Origin: Pirellula staleyi DSM 6068 | GTDB lineage: Bacteria; Planctomycetota; Planctomycetia; Pirellulales; Pirellulaceae | DNA length: 32,000 bases | Direction of reading: 5' to 3' | NCBI GenBank assembly: GCA_000025185.1 | Contig: CP001848.1 | Location: forward strand, 1,860,001 to 1,892,000 | Part shown: one piece after another, positions 6,597 through 15,368 of the stretch | How the letters are laid out: each line of letters opens with the position of its first letter | Position numbering within the stretch: position 1 is the first letter of the stretch | Position numbers and translations under genes: made by a program | The notes under the pieces: model-generated | The model's database searches: none | Seen by the model: the letters and a program-made list of their open reading frames with translations, nothing else | Told to the model about the DNA's origin: nothing

Positions 6597-7103
6597 TTAG
6601 ATGTGGGTAGAAGACTGGAATTGGTCTTTGTAGGATTTGCGGCCGAGGAGCCGATTCCAATCTTTAAGGATTCGCTTTTGGTTGAGCGAAGGGAGGAGGG
6701 AGGGACCGCTTGAGAGGATCACGCTGCTGCCGACCGTCAGGCGCTGCTGGTTCTTGAAGTAGGCGGTGTGCGAGCAGGCGGAGCAGCAGACCATTTGATG
6801 CTCGATGTAGATCCCTGGGCTGCGCCAGGGGGAAGGGTTCTCGCCGTCGTCGGACTCGGGAAAGGTGGCGTAGGTGCCAACCAGCGAGAGATGGGTTTGG
6901 GCGGCGAGGCGAAACGCGCGGGGCCAGATCTCGCTGTCGAGGAAGTCGATATCGAGGGCGTCCCAGTGGGGGACATGGCCGACCGGTAGCGCGGCGAAGA
7001 GGGTCTCGCGAATCCCCAGCAGAAGCCCGAAGCTGTACTGGCTGGGGTTCTGCCACGAGTGCTTTTTGAGGAGGGTGCGAACGGCGCGGGAAACGATCAG
7101 CAT
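6597..7103 (-). CDS. Hypothetical protein (168 aa), family not recognised
   Basis: The ATG at 7103 has an SD-like 'gaagg' about 9 nt upstream. This is the longest ORF in the interval. The 3' end runs into the unusual C-free tract. Confidence 0.5.
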   Translation of the reverse strand: MLIVSRAVRTLLKKHSWQNPSQYSFGLLLGIRETLFAALPVGHVPHWDALDIDFLDSEIWPRAFRLAAQTHLSLVGTYATFPESDDGENPSPWRSPGIYIEHQMVCCSACSHTAYFKNQQRLTVGSSVILSSGPSLLPSLNQKRILKDWNRLLGRKSYKDQFQSSTHI

Positions 7104-7273
7104 GACGGGGCTACCTTCTCGGAGATCTGGCCACGGACCAAAGGTGTCCGGGTGCAGAGAGGAGGAGCGCGCGGCGAGGGAGGTTCGCGCAGCACTTCGC
7201 CGCAGAAGTCGCCACCCCCGCGCGAGGGGCGCGCGTGAACTCGCGCTTTGTGCGCTTTGGCGCGCGCGAGCGC

Positions 7274-7315
7274 AATAAAAAAGGTTCGCGCGAGGAATGA
7301 AGCTCGCGCGAACCT
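7274..7315 (-). terminator. Intrinsic terminator downstream of the HTH gene
   Basis: The stem is ggttcgcgcgag (7283-7294) / ctcgcgcgaacc (7303-7314), extended by an a7282-t7315 pair, with an 8-nt loop. On the minus strand the hairpin is followed by TTTTTTATT (complement of 7274-7282). Confidence 0.8.
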
Positions 7316-7399
7316 AGGGATGATGGCGAAACAGGATAAATGTGCGGGGGAGGTGCCTGAGGGTGACAGCCGACCGGCGGTCGACCCATCGAGCGAAGT

Positions 7400-7924
7400 T
7401 TATTCGTAGTGCGAGAAGGTGTCGTCGCTGATCGGGCTTTCGGCGATCCGTCCGAGTTCGTCGTTGCTGCGACGCTGTCCGACGCTGTGCCAAGGGCTCA
7501 CTTCCGACAGTTCGGGCATGATTTCGGCCAGTTGCTGAACGAGGTTCTCGGCCATTCGCTGCGTTTGCGGCGTGGTGGCGGTTTCGAGGATCGCGGCGGC
7601 AGTTTTCATGACGCGGACGAGCTGAGCTCGCTGCATCACGGGGCGGCTAAGTGGTTCAGCCGACTCACTTAAGAGCTCGCCTACAGGAACGTCGAGCGCT
7701 TCCTGCCAGCGGTAGAGATCGCTCAATTTCAGGTCGGTGGTGGCCTGTTCTTGAGCTCGTACCTGGCGGATATCGCAGCCCAAATGGCGGGCGGCGCTAC
7801 GCAGGGACATGCCTTGCAAACGACGGACTTCTTGGATGCGGTGCATCACCTGGCCTTTGGCCGGCGATGGTGATCCGAGAGGGGCCTCGTCGAGACTAAA
7901 CAAACTAAGTTCTACAGTTGCCAT
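7400..7924 (-). CDS. XRE-family helix-turn-helix transcriptional regulator (174 aa) with a C-terminal extension
   Basis: 'IQEVRRLQGMSLRSAARHLGCDIRQVRAQEQATTDLKLSDLYRWQEALDVPVGELL' has the Cro/C1-type HTH layout. ATG at 7922-7924. Confidence 0.75.
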   Translation of the reverse strand: MATVELSLFSLDEAPLGSPSPAKGQVMHRIQEVRRLQGMSLRSAARHLGCDIRQVRAQEQATTDLKLSDLYRWQEALDVPVGELLSESAEPLSRPVMQRAQLVRVMKTAAAILETATTPQTQRMAENLVQQLAEIMPELSEVSPWHSVGQRRSNDELGRIAESPISDDTFSHYE

Positions 7925-8352
7925 GTTCTCTGCTCCTCGCTCTCTCGGGGGCGGATGCCGGCCGAGTGTTCCGCAAGCGAAAAGTGAAGGGGGTTCGCCT
8001 CGCTACGCCTGCAAACATCACACAGTTTGCCATCTGCCGACACTCGCGACGTCGTGTCGCAAGGCCTCTGTTGTCAGCGGATGTGTTGGTAGCTGTCAGG
8101 TGATTCGACGCAGGGGCGGTACAAGAAGTTCCCCGGCCGGCTCAGAAAATTTGACAAAATCGTGGCAATCCGTCCTAGATGTTGCTACATTTCTCGACCG
8201 CTCGAGAGGCCAGCTGGCTGGTGGGTGTTTTTAAGTGATTGCTGCGTAACGGTTTGCGGAGACTGGTGAGGCCTCGAAGAGAGTGCCAGAGGCGGTGTGC
8301 GGATTTTGTGGAGCGGGCCAAAATTTCTTAAGCTGCAGGCTGCTGGCGAGAA

Positions 8353-9348
8353 TTATCGGGGGACCATCACCTCGTTGACGAGGGTTTCGCCCTGCTCGGC
8401 TGCCGTCAGGTTGGCCATGGTGACGCGGGCGATCTCGGTCAGGGCGTTGCGGGTGAAGAAGGCCTGATGGGCGGTCACCAGGACATTGGGGAAGGTCAGC
8501 AGTCGGCTGAACTGGTCGTCTTGAATGACTACGCCTGAGAGGTCGCGGAAAAAGAGGTCGGCCTCTTCTTCGTAGACGTCGAGCCCTAAGTAGCCAATTT
8601 GTCCCGACTTAAGTGCCTCGATAGCGGCCCGCGTATCGACCAGGGCACCCCGGCTGGTGTTCACAATCATCACGCCCGGCTTCATTTTCGCCAGGGTTGC
8701 GTCGCCGATCAGGTGGTAGGTGTCGGGGGTGAGCGGGCAGTGGAGGGTGATGATGTCGCTGGCGGTTAGGAGTTGCTCGAGCGGGACGTAGCGACCAAGT
8801 GTCGCGGCTTCGGGGTTCTGATAGACGTCGTAAAAGAGGAGTTCGCAGCCAAATCCGGCCAGGATTTTCGCGGTGCAGAGCCCGATTTTACCGGTTCCGA
8901 TCACCCCCACCGTGCGGCCGTGGAAATCGAACCCGAGGAGTCCATCGAGGGCGAAATTGCTGTCGCGAACGCGGGTGTACGCACGATGTAGCTTCCGATT
9001 GAGGGCCAGCATGAGGGCCACGGTGTGCTCGGCAACGCTATAAGGGGAGTAGGCAGGGACCCGGGCGACGCGGATTTCTAGCTCGGCAGCAGCGGCGAGA
9101 TCGACCTGGTTAAAACCGGCACAGCGGAGGGCGATGAATTTGGTTCCGCCGGCGGCGAGTGTGGTGAGGATTTCGCGGCTCAGCGAGTCGTTCACAAACG
9201 AACAAATGGCCGGAAATCCTGCAGCAAGCGGCACCGTTTGCGGTGTCAGTCGGGCTTCGAAAAAGACCAGTTCGTGCCCTGTTTTTTGAGCCGCTGGCTC
9301 GAGGAATTCGCGATCATAGGCATGCGTACTAAACACGGCGGTTCGCAT
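8353..9348 (-). CDS. ldhA: D-lactate dehydrogenase / D-isomer-specific 2-hydroxyacid dehydrogenase
   Basis: The protein is collinear with E. coli LdhA as I recall it. Matching segments are '[12 protein letters not shown]', '[29 protein letters not shown]', the NAD motif '[10 protein letters not shown]', '[12 protein letters not shown]', '[12 protein letters not shown]' and 'GLDVYEEE'. Confidence 0.88.
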   Translation of the reverse strand: MRTAVFSTHAYDREFLEPAAQKTGHELVFFEARLTPQTVPLAAGFPAICSFVNDSLSREILTTLAAGGTKFIALRCAGFNQVDLAAAAELEIRVARVPAYSPYSVAEHTVALMLALNRKLHRAYTRVRDSNFALDGLLGFDFHGRTVGVIGTGKIGLCTAKILAGFGCELLFYDVYQNPEAATLGRYVPLEQLLTASDIITLHCPLTPDTYHLIGDATLAKMKPGVMIVNTSRGALVDTRAAIEALKSGQIGYLGLDVYEEEADLFFRDLSGVVIQDDQFSRLLTFPNVLVTAHQAFFTRNALTEIARVTMANLTAAEQGETLVNEVMVPR

Positions 9349-9847
9349 CGCGATCTCTTTCTCGGCTGAGTGGCAAAACAGCGGAGCGTATCAGCCTGCG
9401 GCCGATGGATGCCCCGTCGCGACAACCTCGAGGGTCATCGCAGGTCAAGAATTTTGACCTCGCTACGTTTGTCTCAGAACCTCGGAGGAGTTTCAAGCAA
9501 CTAACACTCTCTGGTACGAAGCAACGGCGAGTTTCACGGCCCCCACTCGAGTGGTTAGGGCGTGGGAATCGCGGCAAACTTCCTTGCCCGCCCCAGGTTA
9601 GATCGATACGCTTCAAGCAGTTTGAAGTTGCATAAAAATGTGTGTCGGTTCAATTATTGGCGGGGTTGAAGTCTCCGGCCGCTGGCTCGATCCCCTTTCT
9701 CTCGATCTTCCTCTCCTCGGAATTTCGCACCCCGATCTGCGGCGATCCTTCCTCTCGAAATTGATGATCCGCATTGTGCGGACCTAAATCGATCGAACGA
9801 ATACGTCCCTCGAATCACTTGTTTTCTCTCGGATAAAGGCCCTTGCG

Positions 9848-10921
9848 ATGCGTGTTTTTCATTGGTTTTTGGCTGCAGCACTGATTTTCGGCGGCCATGT
9901 GGCTGCGGTGAATGCTCAGCAAATCGTCGCCGAGGAAGGTGATGAGGCAGCAAATGCACTGGCTGAACTCGAGAAGAAGTTCGAAGTGCCAGAGACCAAG
10001 GATGTCGCCCAGCTGCTCGAGTTCATCGGCAGCATCGAGAAAATTCGGCCCACCACGCGTGAAGAGCTGATGGTCATTCGCAAGAAGGGCCCACTCGCCA
10101 TTTCGACAGCCGCTAAAACAATTCTCGAAGTCGAGAAGGATACGAAATCGCCCGCCTATCGCAAGGCTTCGGGCATCGTACTCACAACCGACGCGCAGAA
10201 GGCTCTCTCGCCTGATGCCGATGTTGCTGTTCGCGACGCTTTCATCGCGAAAGTCGACGAGTTCCTCGCTGGTGGCGAGCTTGGTCGTCAAGAACTAATG
10301 GTCGCTCAGCAAATCGTCTCGGGGCTCGAGTATTCGGGCAACGATGCCAGTGTTGCTAAGGCTGGTGAACTCTACAGCAAATGGGGTGCGAAGTTCGCCG
10401 AATCGTCGGATGAGCAGATTGCTCGCTATGGCAAAATGTTCGTCGGAGCCGGTCGTCGCTTGACTCTCGTGGGTAAACCACTGGAGCTCAAGGGAACCCA
10501 AATGGATGGGGCTGCATTCGACATCACTTCGCTCAAGGGCAAGGTGGTTCTCGTCGACTTCTGGGCCACCTGGTGTGGTCCTTGCCGCGCCGAACATCCG
10601 AACATTGTGGCCAACTACAAGGGCTACAAAGACAAGGGTTTTGAAGTGGTCGCCGTCAGCCTCGACGCCGATCGTGGCGCCCTCGAAGAATACGTCAAAG
10701 AGCACAACACCGGCTGGGTGAATCTCCACGAGAAAGAAGCCGAAGGGAAGAATCCAGCGACCGAATACTACGGCATTCTCGGCATTCCTTGCGTCATGCT
10801 GATCGACAAGGAAGGGAAAGTGGTCTCGACCAATGCCCGTGGCGAAAAGCTCGGTGCATTGCTTAAAGATCTCCTTGGTCCAGCCGACCCTGTGAAGGCT
10901 GAAGAACCCAAGACCGAATAG
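9848..10921 (+). CDS. Secreted TlpA/ResA-like thiol:disulfide oxidoreductase with an N-terminal helical domain (357 aa)
   Basis: The signal peptide is MRVFHWFLAAALIFGGHVAAVNA|QQ. The thioredoxin-fold motif 'VVLVDFWATWCGPC' places WCGPC at 10571-10585. 'GIPCVMLIDKEGKV' is typical of the redoxin C-terminal part. Confidence 0.85.
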   Translation: MRVFHWFLAAALIFGGHVAAVNAQQIVAEEGDEAANALAELEKKFEVPETKDVAQLLEFIGSIEKIRPTTREELMVIRKKGPLAISTAAKTILEVEKDTKSPAYRKASGIVLTTDAQKALSPDADVAVRDAFIAKVDEFLAGGELGRQELMVAQQIVSGLEYSGNDASVAKAGELYSKWGAKFAESSDEQIARYGKMFVGAGRRLTLVGKPLELKGTQMDGAAFDITSLKGKVVLVDFWATWCGPCRAEHPNIVANYKGYKDKGFEVVAVSLDADRGALEEYVKEHNTGWVNLHEKEAEGKNPATEYYGILGIPCVMLIDKEGKVVSTNARGEKLGALLKDLLGPADPVKAEEPKTE

Positions 10922-10964
10922 TGTCGAGCGCCGCGCATGGCCATCGGCCAGCGTGCACAAGTTT

Positions 10965-11012
10965 GCATGGCCACCCCTGCCCTGCTGCATGGGTGGCCAT
11001 GCTTGTTTCTTG
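10965..11012 (+). terminator. Intrinsic terminator after the first TlpA-like gene
   Basis: An 11-bp perfect inverted repeat, gcatggccacc (10965-10975) / ggtggccatgc (10992-11002), has a 16-nt loop and is followed by the T-rich 'ttgtttcttgt'. Confidence 0.6.
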
Positions 11013-11268
11013 TCTCCTCAGAGAAGAGTGTGGTCCGTTTGCTGTCAGCTTGCCGCTAGCTGCCGCCACGAACGGGAAGCTGGCTCGACTCTGGCATCCT
11101 GCACACTGGCGCTGCTTGCGGCGACGCCATGCACTAGAATCCGCACAGGTTTCCAAACCATTTCACGCGATGGTGTTACGCCAACAGCAGCACGCGATCT
11201 AGCGAGTCACGGATCGGCCTGCAGAAGCATCACGCAGCAGAATCAATAGCGATGGGAGCGCACGAGCG

Positions 11269-14160
11269 ATGAGCAGACGAGCGATACAAACGCCAGCCAA
11301 CGGACAGCGGATCACACTTTGGGCGATCGTCGGCTGTGTCGCGATGCTCTCGCTGGTCAGCTGCGCTAAGCAAAACGAAACCAAGTCGAGCGGCCCCAAG
11401 TATCGCCCCGAAGGAGAACCGGGCGAGGTGGCCTCGTCGAGTCCCGGCAGCGAAGAACCAGCGTCGGAAACCCCGGTCGCCGACCCTGCCGCCGAACCAA
11501 CCATTCCCACCGCTGCAGGCCCCAAGCTCAAGTACCCTGTTCCTGCAGGGAGCAATGCCGAGCTGCTGGGCTACATCGATTCGATGAGCAAGCGTCAGCC
11601 GCAAGGTGCCTCGCGCGAAGAGACCGTCGCCGACTACATCGACATTCAAGCCTCGCGACTTTCTGCCGCCGAGCAGGTGATCGCCAGCAAACCATCGGCG
11701 GAAGAACGGATTCGCGCGTTTCAGGCTATTCACGATGTCTACCGCACACGGAGCACACTGCAACTCCCGGGCGCACGCCAGGAACTGCAAGACTTTGCCA
11801 CGAAGCTCTCGAAAGATGCTGACAAAGAAGTCGCCCGCTTCGGTCGCATCATCACGTTCGACATGAACGTCTCGGCACTCGCTCAAGAAGGGCCCGATAA
11901 CGCGCCGCAAATTGTCGACCAGGTGAAGCAGCTGATTGCCGTCGACAAACAAGAGCTCGACACCCTGATCCTCTGCTCGCAAGTCTGCGAAGTCCTCGCC
12001 CAGATGGGAGCACGCGAAGAAACGATCTCCGCCCTCAAGATGGTCAGCGAAGCGTTCAAGGATCATCCCGATGAACGAGCCCGCAATCAGGCCGCGATGA
12101 TGGCCGACCGCGCAGTGGTTGTCGAGTTTGATCTCGGCAACAAAGCCGCTGACATGGTGACCGGCGCGCCCAATGCCGAAGAGAATCTGCTGAAGGGAGT
12201 CGACGGGCTCCTGAAACATCCAAACCTCACGCCAGCAATCTACGAAGCTGTCCGCGAAGTGGCACAGATGATGGAGTACTCGTCGAACATTGAAGTTGCT
12301 GCCAAGCTCTACGACAAAATCGACACTGCCTTCGCAGCCCATCCCGATGAAAAACTGCAAGCCGCTGTGAAAGAAGCCTCGGGCAACGCCAAGAAGCGAG
12401 TCAGTTTGATCGGTCAGCCTTTCGAAATTGAAGGCAACACGCTCGACGGCAAACCGTTCGATATGAGCACCCTCGCTGGCAAAGTGGTGCTCATCGATTT
12501 TTGGGCCACCTGGTGCGGCCCTTGCCTCGAAGAGATTCCGAACATCGAGCAGAACTTTCAAGCCTTCAAAGACTCCGGTTTCGCAGTCGTCGGGATCAAC
12601 CTGAACGAGAAGCTCGAAGAAGTGACGGAGTTCTTCGGCGTTCAAGAACTCCCTTGGCCGACGGTTATTTCTGCCAGCGATGACAGCCGTGGTTTCGATC
12701 ACCCCACGGCCCGCAAATGTGGTGTCGATGCCATCCCGTTCATTGTTTTGATTGGCAAGGATGGCAAGGTCGACTCGATCCACGTTCGTGGCCCGAAACT
12801 GAAGACCAAGCTGACGCAGCTGCTCGGCGCTCCCGCAGCACCAGCGAGTGAGCCGCTAGCAGAGCCCCCTGCTGAAACTCCAGCCGCTGAAACCCCAGCC
12901 GCGACGCCAGCGGAAAAACCAGCCACGGAAACCCCTGCAGAAACTTCGCCACCGGTAGCACCTGCCCCCGAAGAAAAACCGGCTGAGCCAACAGCACCTG
13001 CGGCCGAGGAAAAGCAAGTGTCGCATAGCGGCGCTCGTGGCCGAACATCGATGTTCAGCTGGCTCGAGAGCCGCTTGCTCCTCACCAGTCTCCTGGCCGA
13101 TGAAGCGAGCGAAGCCAAGTCCCCCGAAGCTGTCGATCCAGCCGCCGATTTCAATCCCTATGCAGCCAAGCCAGGACTCGCGAGCGACGCTCTGGTCGAC
13201 TATCTCTTTCGCATGCTCGACAAGCCGAAAACGATTCAGCTCCGCTCAGGATTTTCGGAAGCGCTGCTCGATGCCTGCGATCGAATTCTCGCTGCCGATC
13301 CAGCCGCCAAGCCGACCGAGCAACTGGTGGCACTCGAAACCAAGTTTCAAACACTCCATGCCATGGCTTGTCGTGGCGATGTGGCGGCCGATGAAAAGCT
13401 CGCCGTCATGGTCGAAAAATATGCTGCCGACGAGCGACCCCGCGTGGTCAAGCAAGTAAAATTCTTCCAGCTCGAGAAGAAGATTCTCGCCGCTGCCGAG
13501 ATCGATATCGCCGAACTAGAAGCCTCGCTCGAAACGATCGCCCAGGAACTTGCTGACGAAAAAATGACAGCCTCGCATCTGCGACTCGCCAGCGCCACGG
13601 TCGCTGCCATCAATCGGATTGAGAATGGTGAGACTCGCGAAAAATACTTCCAATCCTTTGGCAATCTGTTCGTCAAAAGTAGCGATAAAGAACTCTCGCG
13701 CTACGGCAAAAAGCTGGCCAAGAAGCCGGCTGCCAAAGAATCGGATCTCGTCGGCAAGCCGCTCGAACTCGTCGGCACCACAGCTGGCGGAGAAGCGTTT
13801 GCTTGGGACGCCTATCGAGGTAAGGTTGTCCTCGTCGACTTCTGGGCCACTTGGTGCGGCCCTTGCCGCAAGGAGATGCCCAACGTCAAGCAGCTGCACG
13901 AGCGGCTCGGCAAAGATGGCTTTGATGTGGTCGGCATCAGCCTCGATAAAGATCTCGAAGCCCTGGCTGGTTATCTCGAAACCGAAACGATTCCTTGGAC
14001 GACACTTGCTGGCGATGAGACGCAAGGTCTCGCCGAAAAGTATGGTGTGCGTGGAATCCCGACGATGATGGTGGTCGACAAGCAAGGGAACGTGGCGGGC
14101 GTTGCTCACAACGTCGCTGCCCTCGCACCGATTATCGAGAAACTGCTCGCCGAAAAGTAA
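11269..14160 (+). CDS. Lipoprotein with two tandem TlpA-like thioredoxin modules joined by a Pro/Ala/Glu-rich linker (963 aa)
   Basis: The signal plus lipobox is '...AIVGCVAMLSLVSC'. There are two 'DFWATWCGPC' motifs, at 12511-12525 and 13852-13866. Each is preceded by a helical domain and an 'L(V/I)G(K/Q)P(L/F)E(L/I)' segment. The linker PAAPASEPLAEPPAETPAAETPAATPAEKPATETPAE... is encoded at about 12828-13014. Confidence 0.85.
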   Translation: MSRRAIQTPANGQRITLWAIVGCVAMLSLVSCAKQNETKSSGPKYRPEGEPGEVASSSPGSEEPASETPVADPAAEPTIPTAAGPKLKYPVPAGSNAELLGYIDSMSKRQPQGASREETVADYIDIQASRLSAAEQVIASKPSAEERIRAFQAIHDVYRTRSTLQLPGARQELQDFATKLSKDADKEVARFGRIITFDMNVSALAQEGPDNAPQIVDQVKQLIAVDKQELDTLILCSQVCEVLAQMGAREETISALKMVSEAFKDHPDERARNQAAMMADRAVVVEFDLGNKAADMVTGAPNAEENLLKGVDGLLKHPNLTPAIYEAVREVAQMMEYSSNIEVAAKLYDKIDTAFAAHPDEKLQAAVKEASGNAKKRVSLIGQPFEIEGNTLDGKPFDMSTLAGKVVLIDFWATWCGPCLEEIPNIEQNFQAFKDSGFAVVGINLNEKLEEVTEFFGVQELPWPTVISASDDSRGFDHPTARKCGVDAIPFIVLIGKDGKVDSIHVRGPKLKTKLTQLLGAPAAPASEPLAEPPAETPAAETPAATPAEKPATETPAETSPPVAPAPEEKPAEPTAPAAEEKQVSHSGARGRTSMFSWLESRLLLTSLLADEASEAKSPEAVDPAADFNPYAAKPGLASDALVDYLFRMLDKPKTIQLRSGFSEALLDACDRILAADPAAKPTEQLVALETKFQTLHAMACRGDVAADEKLAVMVEKYAADERPRVVKQVKFFQLEKKILAAAEIDIAELEASLETIAQELADEKMTASHLRLASATVAAINRIENGETREKYFQSFGNLFVKSSDKELSRYGKKLAKKPAAKESDLVGKPLELVGTTAGGEAFAWDAYRGKVVLVDFWATWCGPCRKEMPNVKQLHERLGKDGFDVVGISLDKDLEALAGYLETETIPWTTLAGDETQGLAEKYGVRGIPTMMVVDKQGNVAGVAHNVAALAPIIEKLLAEK

Positions 14161-14171
14161 GGAAACCGACC

Positions 14172-14519
14172 ATGGCCGACGCGCCCGCCGTACTTGAAGG
14201 AGAGGCGCTCGCTGCCGAGCTTGCCAAACTCCCCGACTGGGAAATTCGCGACGGCTGGCTCCGCCGTACCTTCCACACTCCCGGCTGGCCTCACACCATG
14301 ATGCTGGTGCAAGCGGTCGGACTCTTGGCTGAAGCAGCCTGGCATCATCCCGACATGCGAATCGGCTATGCCATCGTCACCGTCATGCTGCAGACGCACT
14401 CAGCTCGTGGCATCACGCTGCTCGACTTCGAACTCGCCACCAAAATCGACTCTCTCGCCCTCTGGAAGCCCGCCCCCACTTCCTCCCTCACCGGCTTTCC
14501 CAAGAAGTGGATTCACTAA
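14172..14519 (+). CDS. phhB: Pterin-4-alpha-carbinolamine dehydratase (PCD/DCoH family)
   Basis: 'LPDWEIRDGWLRRTFHTPGW...AVGLLAEAAWHHPDMRIGYAIVTVMLQTHSARGITLLDFELATKID' matches the PCD signature, including HHP. The ATG at 14172 has an AAGGA upstream and lies 11 nt after the preceding stop, so it is probably co-transcribed. Confidence 0.85.
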   Translation: MADAPAVLEGEALAAELAKLPDWEIRDGWLRRTFHTPGWPHTMMLVQAVGLLAEAAWHHPDMRIGYAIVTVMLQTHSARGITLLDFELATKIDSLALWKPAPTSSLTGFPKKWIH

Positions 14520-14530
14520 ATCCGCTGGGA

Positions 14531-15139
14531 TCAGTGGTTCTGCGAGACAGATGGAAATCGCGCGAGCACTGCTGAGTTAACGCCGCTGATCCAAATGTAC
14601 TGATTGCTCAGCTTCGCTACGCGAAAAGGGCACGCTTTAATTTGGCTGCCGAAGTAAACCCAGACGATGCCGGCGATCATGATGAACATCCCTGCGGGGA
14701 TGAAATACCCTGCGCCGACTTCGTCGACTGCTATCACAAGCGTGAGCAGCAGCACTATCACGCCGATCGAAAAGGTAATCCAGCCTGGCATGGTTTTGGC
14801 AGCGGCTGCTTCTAGCCACGCGGCATCGAGTGGAAGCAGGATGGAAACTGGTTCGCCCCAGATTTTCTTCGCCATCTGGTAACCAAGCGCGCCTCCGGCA
14901 AGGCATGCCGTCATTGCCAAAGAGCCGCTGATGAAGTTGTCTCTCAGCGTGAAGGTATGATGGGTTGCCTGACCCGTCTTCAAACAGACTTGGGGGAGCT
15001 GCCGATCCCAGCGACCAACCATCAGCAAAGCTCCGTCACGATAGGCGTTCATCTCGGGAAAGAACTCAACTACTGTGGCGGTAATGACTTGATCCGCTAC
15101 CACCGCAGGCTCATGAACCACAGGATCTGGCTTCGACAT
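14531..15139 (-). CDS. Polytopic membrane protein, paralog of 16252..16890 (about 202 aa)
   Basis: I prefer the internal ATG at 15139 (MSKPDPVV...) to the track start at 15295. It shares 'RDG.LL....R......C.K(T/S)G..TH.T', 'MTA...GG..G', 'LP' and the C-terminal 'PF(R/K)(V/I).....IWI.G......A..P' with the 16252..16890 product. There are about 3 hydrophobic segments. Confidence 0.65.
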   Translation of the reverse strand: MSKPDPVVHEPAVVADQVITATVVEFFPEMNAYRDGALLMVGRWDRQLPQVCLKTGQATHHTFTLRDNFISGSLAMTACLAGGALGYQMAKKIWGEPVSILLPLDAAWLEAAAAKTMPGWITFSIGVIVLLLTLVIAVDEVGAGYFIPAGMFIMIAGIVWVYFGSQIKACPFRVAKLSNQYIWISGVNSAVLARFPSVSQNH

Positions 15140-15368
15140 GAATTCTCTCAATCGCCACTGGCAGGTGGGTAATAGATTGGGGCCAGCACGGCCTCGGTGG
15201 ATGCAGTCAACAGCGGCATCTATCGTGAGAGAGGAAGAAAACTGACTATAGTTTGTGCTATTCGGGTGGGGGAGTAGCGTGAATTCAAAATCCAACCGAA
15301 ACGGGATGGGGTTGCTACCTGATAAGTGGCGCTCGATATTGGCGGCTTGCAGTAATCTTTATACGCAC

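Noticed and set aside
6597-7103. A JAB/MPN (JAMM) deubiquitinase-like assignment for the 168-aa orphan protein, based on 'SFGLLLGIRE...LVGTYATFPESDD'.
   Set aside because: The JAMM metal-binding H-x-H...S..D signature is absent, with Y-A-T in its place. The resemblance is only in hydrophobic spacing, so I left the protein as hypothetical.
7111-7389. A 92-aa minus-strand ORF between the HTH gene and the orphan gene.
   Set aside because: It spans the strong intrinsic terminator (7274-7315) and the CG-rich spacer. Its translation is Pro/Arg/Ser-rich low-complexity.
11230-12783. A 517-aa ORF on the minus strand, opposite the double-TlpA gene.
   Set aside because: It is a mirror ORF of the kind common in G+C-rich DNA. 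Its product is Arg/Gly/Val-rich with no motifs. The plus strand encodes a lipoprotein signal and WCGPC thioredoxin motifs in one uninterrupted 963-aa frame.
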